Shown: positions 31,411 to 34,699 of the stretch, piece after piece
How positions within the stretch are numbered: the stretch's first letter is position 1
Layout: each line of letters opens with the position of its first letter
Virus record (IMG/VR): IMGVR_UViG_3300018036_000002
DNA: 34,699 nt
Reading direction: 5' to 3' (one strand)
Source of the DNA: a virus
Translations under genes and position numbers: made by a program
The notes under the pieces: generated by a model
Told to the model about the DNA's origin: nothing
The model's database searches: none
What the model saw: only the letters and a program-made list of their open reading frames with translations

Positions 31411-33396
31411 ATGTCAACGATCACCACTAGAGCCGGGAAGGGTTCGCCGCTTACCAACGCTGAGGTAGATGATAACTTCACTAACCTCGATACGGATAAG
31501 CTGGAGAGCATTGAGAATGAGTCGTTGTCTGACTTGTCCAACGTCAGAACAACACTCCCGACTAACGGTCAAGTGTTGGCATTCAATGCATCGTTCGGTA
31601 GCTGGGAGCCGCAGGATGCGAGTGGTGGCGCGGCAGAGATCAATGATCTTACGGACGGCTTCTCTAATGGTGCAATTTATCAATCTCTTTGTCTAGGCGA
31701 AAATGCCGGAGCAGGCCTCAATTCTAATACAACCTACACCACTTGTGTTGGGTACAATGCTGGGCTGAATACAACTGCCAACGCCAATACACTTATCGGT
31801 GCTAATGCTGGCGATGCGTTAACAACAGGATTTTCAAATACTGCTGTAGGTTCCGGTGCGCTAGGAGCAGTAACAACTGGTTGGCATAATGTTGGGATTG
31901 GCGTTGGTGCACTTTACGGACTGACTGGGTCTGCAAGACTTAACATCGGAATTGGTAACTCCGCTGGCTACAACCTAACGTCAGGCATTAATAACATCAA
32001 TATCGGTGATCAGTCGACTGCATCAAGTGCATCGATTAACCATGAGATCACTCTCGGAAATGACAGCCACCTCTATTTTAGGATTCCCGGTCTACAAGCC
32101 ACTGCGTCGAATGGTGACGTTTTAACTCATAACGCAACAACCGGACGGATAGAGCTAACTGCTCCATCAGGCGGTGGTGGTGGCAGTGGTGATATGACAT
32201 GGCAAACTGCATGGCCGTCAGACCCAGCATCTGGAAACATTCCTATCGGTAACAACACCCTTACAACTATTCAAAATTCAGGCTACCGGAATGTTGCCAT
32301 TGGGGATAGTGCCGCCAGACTCCAACAATATGGCGATGATGGAGTTGCGATTGGTTATCTTGCTGGAGAAACCAATGTAAGTTCAGCCAATGTATTTGTT
32401 GGGGCTTATGCAGGACGGTATTTAGATTCTGGATCTTATAATGTTGGCGTGGGCTATTACGCTTTAAACCGCAATTCATCAAATGCTAACTACAATGTAG
32501 GAATTGGGTATGCCTCCGGGAATGTAATTGAGACGGCGGATTACACTGTCATTATGGGCTACAACGCTAATCCTATAGATGGCGCGGATACTGCTTGCGT
32601 CGGGATTGGCGGTTATGCCAAGCCCGGTTTTTACTCCGTTAATATAGGCTATCAATCTGGATACTCCTCTACATTAGGTAGCGACTACAACACTTGTGTT
32701 GGTTACCAGACAGGCTATGACCTTGACGGCGGTGACTACAACTGTTTCATTGGTTATCAAGCCGGGTACGCAGGAGGCTCTGGGGCCGGGAATGTCGGGG
32801 TCGGCAGATCAAGCATGAGAAACTTGAATGGTGGCACAAAAAATGTCGGGGCCGGCGAGAATGCTGGTTACTACATTACTAATGGTTCACAGAATACTGT
32901 TATCGGTGCTGATGCTGGCGCTAGCGGGATCACACTACAAAGTGGGACTAATAACATTTTGCTCGGTTATCAAGCTTCTCCCACCTCCAGCAGTATAACC
33001 AACGAAATCACTTTAGGTAATTCCTCAATCACAAGTTTGCGGTGTAACGTCACATCAATCTCTTCACTTTCTGACGAGCGAGACAAGACAAACATTGTTG
33101 ACATCCCTTATGGCTTAGACTTTATCAACGATATGCGTCCAGTTAAGTTTGATTGGGACAGACGCGATGGATCGTTTATTGGGGAAAAATCGGTGGGCTT
33201 CATTGCTCAAGATTTGCATAGTCTTGAAATCGAATACGGTTCACAGCATTACACAAACTTGGTTGATGTTAGTAACCCGGAGCGTTACGAAGCTCGCCCT
33301 ATGGAAGCTTTCCCAATTATGGTAAAAGCTATTCAAGAACTTTCTGCTAAAGTCGAAGCACTTGAAGCAGAGGTTGCAATACTGAAAGGAGAATGA
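31411..33396 (+). CDS. Tail fibre with YadA-head-like Gly/Asn repeats and a C-terminal intramolecular chaperone (peptidase S74) domain.
   Basis: Many degenerate N(T/V)x(I/V)GxxAGxxxTxG repeats. The C-terminus SLSDERDKTNIVDIPYGLDFINDMRPVKFDW...VGFIAQDL matches the S74 auto-cleaving chaperone (SDxRxK Ser-Lys dyad), followed by a coiled-coil end. Confidence 0.7.
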   Translation: MSTITTRAGKGSPLTNAEVDDNFTNLDTDKLESIENESLSDLSNVRTTLPTNGQVLAFNASFGSWEPQDASGGAAEINDLTDGFSNGAIYQSLCLGENAGAGLNSNTTYTTCVGYNAGLNTTANANTLIGANAGDALTTGFSNTAVGSGALGAVTTGWHNVGIGVGALYGLTGSARLNIGIGNSAGYNLTSGINNINIGDQSTASSASINHEITLGNDSHLYFRIPGLQATASNGDVLTHNATTGRIELTAPSGGGGGSGDMTWQTAWPSDPASGNIPIGNNTLTTIQNSGYRNVAIGDSAARLQQYGDDGVAIGYLAGETNVSSANVFVGAYAGRYLDSGSYNVGVGYYALNRNSSNANYNVGIGYASGNVIETADYTVIMGYNANPIDGADTACVGIGGYAKPGFYSVNIGYQSGYSSTLGSDYNTCVGYQTGYDLDGGDYNCFIGYQAGYAGGSGAGNVGVGRSSMRNLNGGTKNVGAGENAGYYITNGSQNTVIGADAGASGITLQSGTNNILLGYQASPTSSSITNEITLGNSSITSLRCNVTSISSLSDERDKTNIVDIPYGLDFINDMRPVKFDWDRRDGSFIGEKSVGFIAQDLHSLEIEYGSQHYTNLVDVSNPERYEARPMEAFPIMVKAIQELSAKVEALEAEVAILKGE

Positions 33397-33399
33397 CAA

Positions 33400-33642
33400 A
33401 TGGCTGTCAATGATTTAGAACGTGATTTTTTGCGGATGCAACACCAAGCAGACTCGATCCAAGAGATTATTGCCGGGGTCAGAATGCGCGATGCCCCTGA
33501 CGAAGAAAAGAAGAGTCAAGTCGGAAACTTAGTCCGCTATTTAGAAATGGAACTTCTTGATTCTAACTGGGTAGACAACGGGAAGGATGTTTCTGGATTG
33601 CAAGCTATTGCCGCTTCTGGCCGTGCTTACTGGTTAGGATAG
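33400..33642 (+). CDS. Hypothetical protein (80 aa).
   Basis: AAGGAG SD. Confidence 0.5.
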   Translation: MAVNDLERDFLRMQHQADSIQEIIAGVRMRDAPDEEKKSQVGNLVRYLEMELLDSNWVDNGKDVSGLQAIAASGRAYWLG

Positions 33643-33708
33643 GTGCTGGCGCCAATGCACTTAGTTATACTGGAGAAGTATATTCAGTAGACTCTCTGGA
33701 GGTAAAAA

Positions 33709-33903
33709 GTGGATAAGCGTACCGTGGCCTCGGCTCACAAAAGAATTGACAGCATCGAAACTCAATTAGTCGCGCACGAAGCGGTATGCGGTGAGCGTTG
33801 GAAGGAAACTATTCTGCGCATCAAGAGAATCGAGGGAGTAATGATAGCAACAGCGGGGAGCATCATTGCCATGCTTGTCGCTATCCTAATGAAGATGACC
33901 TAG
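33709..33903 (+). CDS. Small membrane protein with a C-terminal TM helix, next to the lysis cassette.
   Basis: GTG start with a GGAGG SD. The C-terminus is VMIATAGSIIAMLVAILM. Confidence 0.5.
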   Translation: MDKRTVASAHKRIDSIETQLVAHEAVCGERWKETILRIKRIEGVMIATAGSIIAMLVAILMKMT

Positions 33904-34359
33904 ATGATCTTTGAAGCAATCGCTGTCGGGAAGGTAGCGCTCGATGCTCTTCAGACAGTGCGTGGACTTCTTGAAGAAGGCAAGGGTATTGCCGAAGCTG
34001 GCAGAGACCTCGGTAAATTCTTTGATGCAAAAGAGAAGATTGAGGGTCGCATCTCATCTGGCAAGGCGGGTGATGAAGAGTTCTGGGAACTCGAAAAGAT
34101 ACGCGCCGCCGAGAAACAATTTTACGAACAGATGGATTGGTACGGTCGCGCCGGACTCAAGGACGATTACTTGAGATGGCAGAAAACGCGCAAAGAACTC
34201 AAAGAGAAAGAGCAGAAGCGTGAGGAAGCTAAGAGACTGGCTAGAAAAAAAGCCATACAGAATGGATTTCTTTATACTGCTGTCGGCATTGCTGTTCTCG
34301 GTGTGGTGGGCGGGGCCGTGGCCTTACTACTTTGGATTATTAGTCTTAAAGGAAAGTAG
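33904..34359 (+). CDS. Coiled-coil protein with a C-terminal TM anchor.
   Basis: Charged helical region (KELKEKEQKREEAKRLARKK) followed by FLYTAVGIAVLGVVGGAVALLLWIISL. Confidence 0.5.
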   Translation: MIFEAIAVGKVALDALQTVRGLLEEGKGIAEAGRDLGKFFDAKEKIEGRISSGKAGDEEFWELEKIRAAEKQFYEQMDWYGRAGLKDDYLRWQKTRKELKEKEQKREEAKRLARKKAIQNGFLYTAVGIAVLGVVGGAVALLLWIISLKGK

Positions 34360-34563
34360 ATGATCCTGGTCTTCGCGTTGATAATTGTGATTGACGGGAA
34401 GCCACAGCCACAAGATACATCGTACTGGTATAGCATCAATCGGTGTAATTACTTTGCTGAAAGGACCGGGAAGTGGCGTTACAATTACTGGACCAAGCGT
34501 AAGGTGGACGCCTACTGCGTACCCAAGAAAGTCAAGAAAGGATCTGTTGAGGTACTGAGATGA
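34360..34563 (+). CDS. Small protein with an N-terminal signal-anchor.
   Basis: MILVFALIIVIDG followed by a basic/aromatic domain with 2 Cys. There is no lipobox. Confidence 0.45.
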   Translation: MILVFALIIVIDGKPQPQDTSYWYSINRCNYFAERTGKWRYNYWTKRKVDAYCVPKKVKKGSVEVLR

Positions 34564-34699
34564 GTAAGATATTGGAGACCTATGATAAGGACAAGAATGG
34601 CGTTATCGATTCGGATGAGCTTGCTCTTATTGAACTTGAGGATCGCCGTCGTAAGATGGAAGATGAGGACGCTCAAAGAGATTCGATCAGGAAGATGGC
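34560..34699 (+). CDS. 5' part of the wrap-around EF-hand membrane protein gene, which continues at bases 2-307.
   Basis: ATGA coupling and a GAGG SD. MSKILETYDKDKNGVIDSDELALIELEDRRRK; the loop DKDKNGVIDSDEL satisfies every position of the canonical EF-hand calcium-binding pattern. Confidence 0.7.
   Translation, partial: MSKILETYDKDKNGVIDSDELALIELEDRRRKMEDEDAQRDSIRKM
34577..34699. repeat. Terminal direct repeat, exact copy of 1-123.
   Basis: Direct base-by-base comparison with the window start. Confidence 0.95.

Noticed and set aside
1-34699. tRNA genes, CRISPR arrays, integrase/attP, and a diversity-generating retroelement (given the BPP-1-like post-portal gene).
   Set aside because: There are no cloverleaf-like GTTCGAATC-type T-arm contexts, no regularly spaced repeats other than the ribozymes, no tyrosine or serine recombinase motifs, and no reverse transcriptase (YxDD) ORF in any frame.

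Overview
The window is a complete, circularly closed or terminally redundant tailed-phage genome. Bases 1-123 repeat exactly at 34577-34699, giving a unit length of 34,576 bp. A long plus-strand late operon (9344-34699, wrapping to 1550) encodes TerS, TerL, a T7-type portal, scaffold, major capsid, adaptor/nozzle, large internal virion proteins, tail fibres and a lysis cassette. There are two minus-strand early operons. The first (4670 down to 1547) is a recombination module: HTH protein, PD-(D/E)XK nuclease, Rad52/Erf-like annealing protein and a lipoprotein. The second (8958 down to about 5618) carries small orphan ORFs. A short rightward operon (4802-5415) encodes a Cro-like HTH protein and an Hjc-like resolvase. 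I saw no integrase, CI-type repressor, DNA polymerase, primase/helicase, tRNA or CRISPR. The main finding is in the orphan-gene operon: every intercistronic gap carries a complete hammerhead self-cleaving ribozyme motif in mRNA sense. Seven are type II (6201-8595) and one is type III at the 5' end (8967-9031). All have a GUC cleavage triplet and tetraloop-capped stem III. Stem II, the C3:G8 pair and a loop-I/3'-tail pseudoknot all show compensatory covariation. Each ribozyme sits between a stop codon and the next Shine-Dalgarno, so the operon should self-process into monocistronic RNAs. Secondary observations include an annealing protein ending in an SSB-like EDDIPF tip, a perfect EF-hand loop in a lysis-cassette membrane protein, a GTGTT/AACAC iteron cluster, and shared palindromic operators at two early promoters. 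There is also a terminator just upstream of terS, an unexplained 420-nt noncoding gap between terS and terL, and a nozzle protein with a large insertion. All calls come from reading the sequence and translations; no searches were run.
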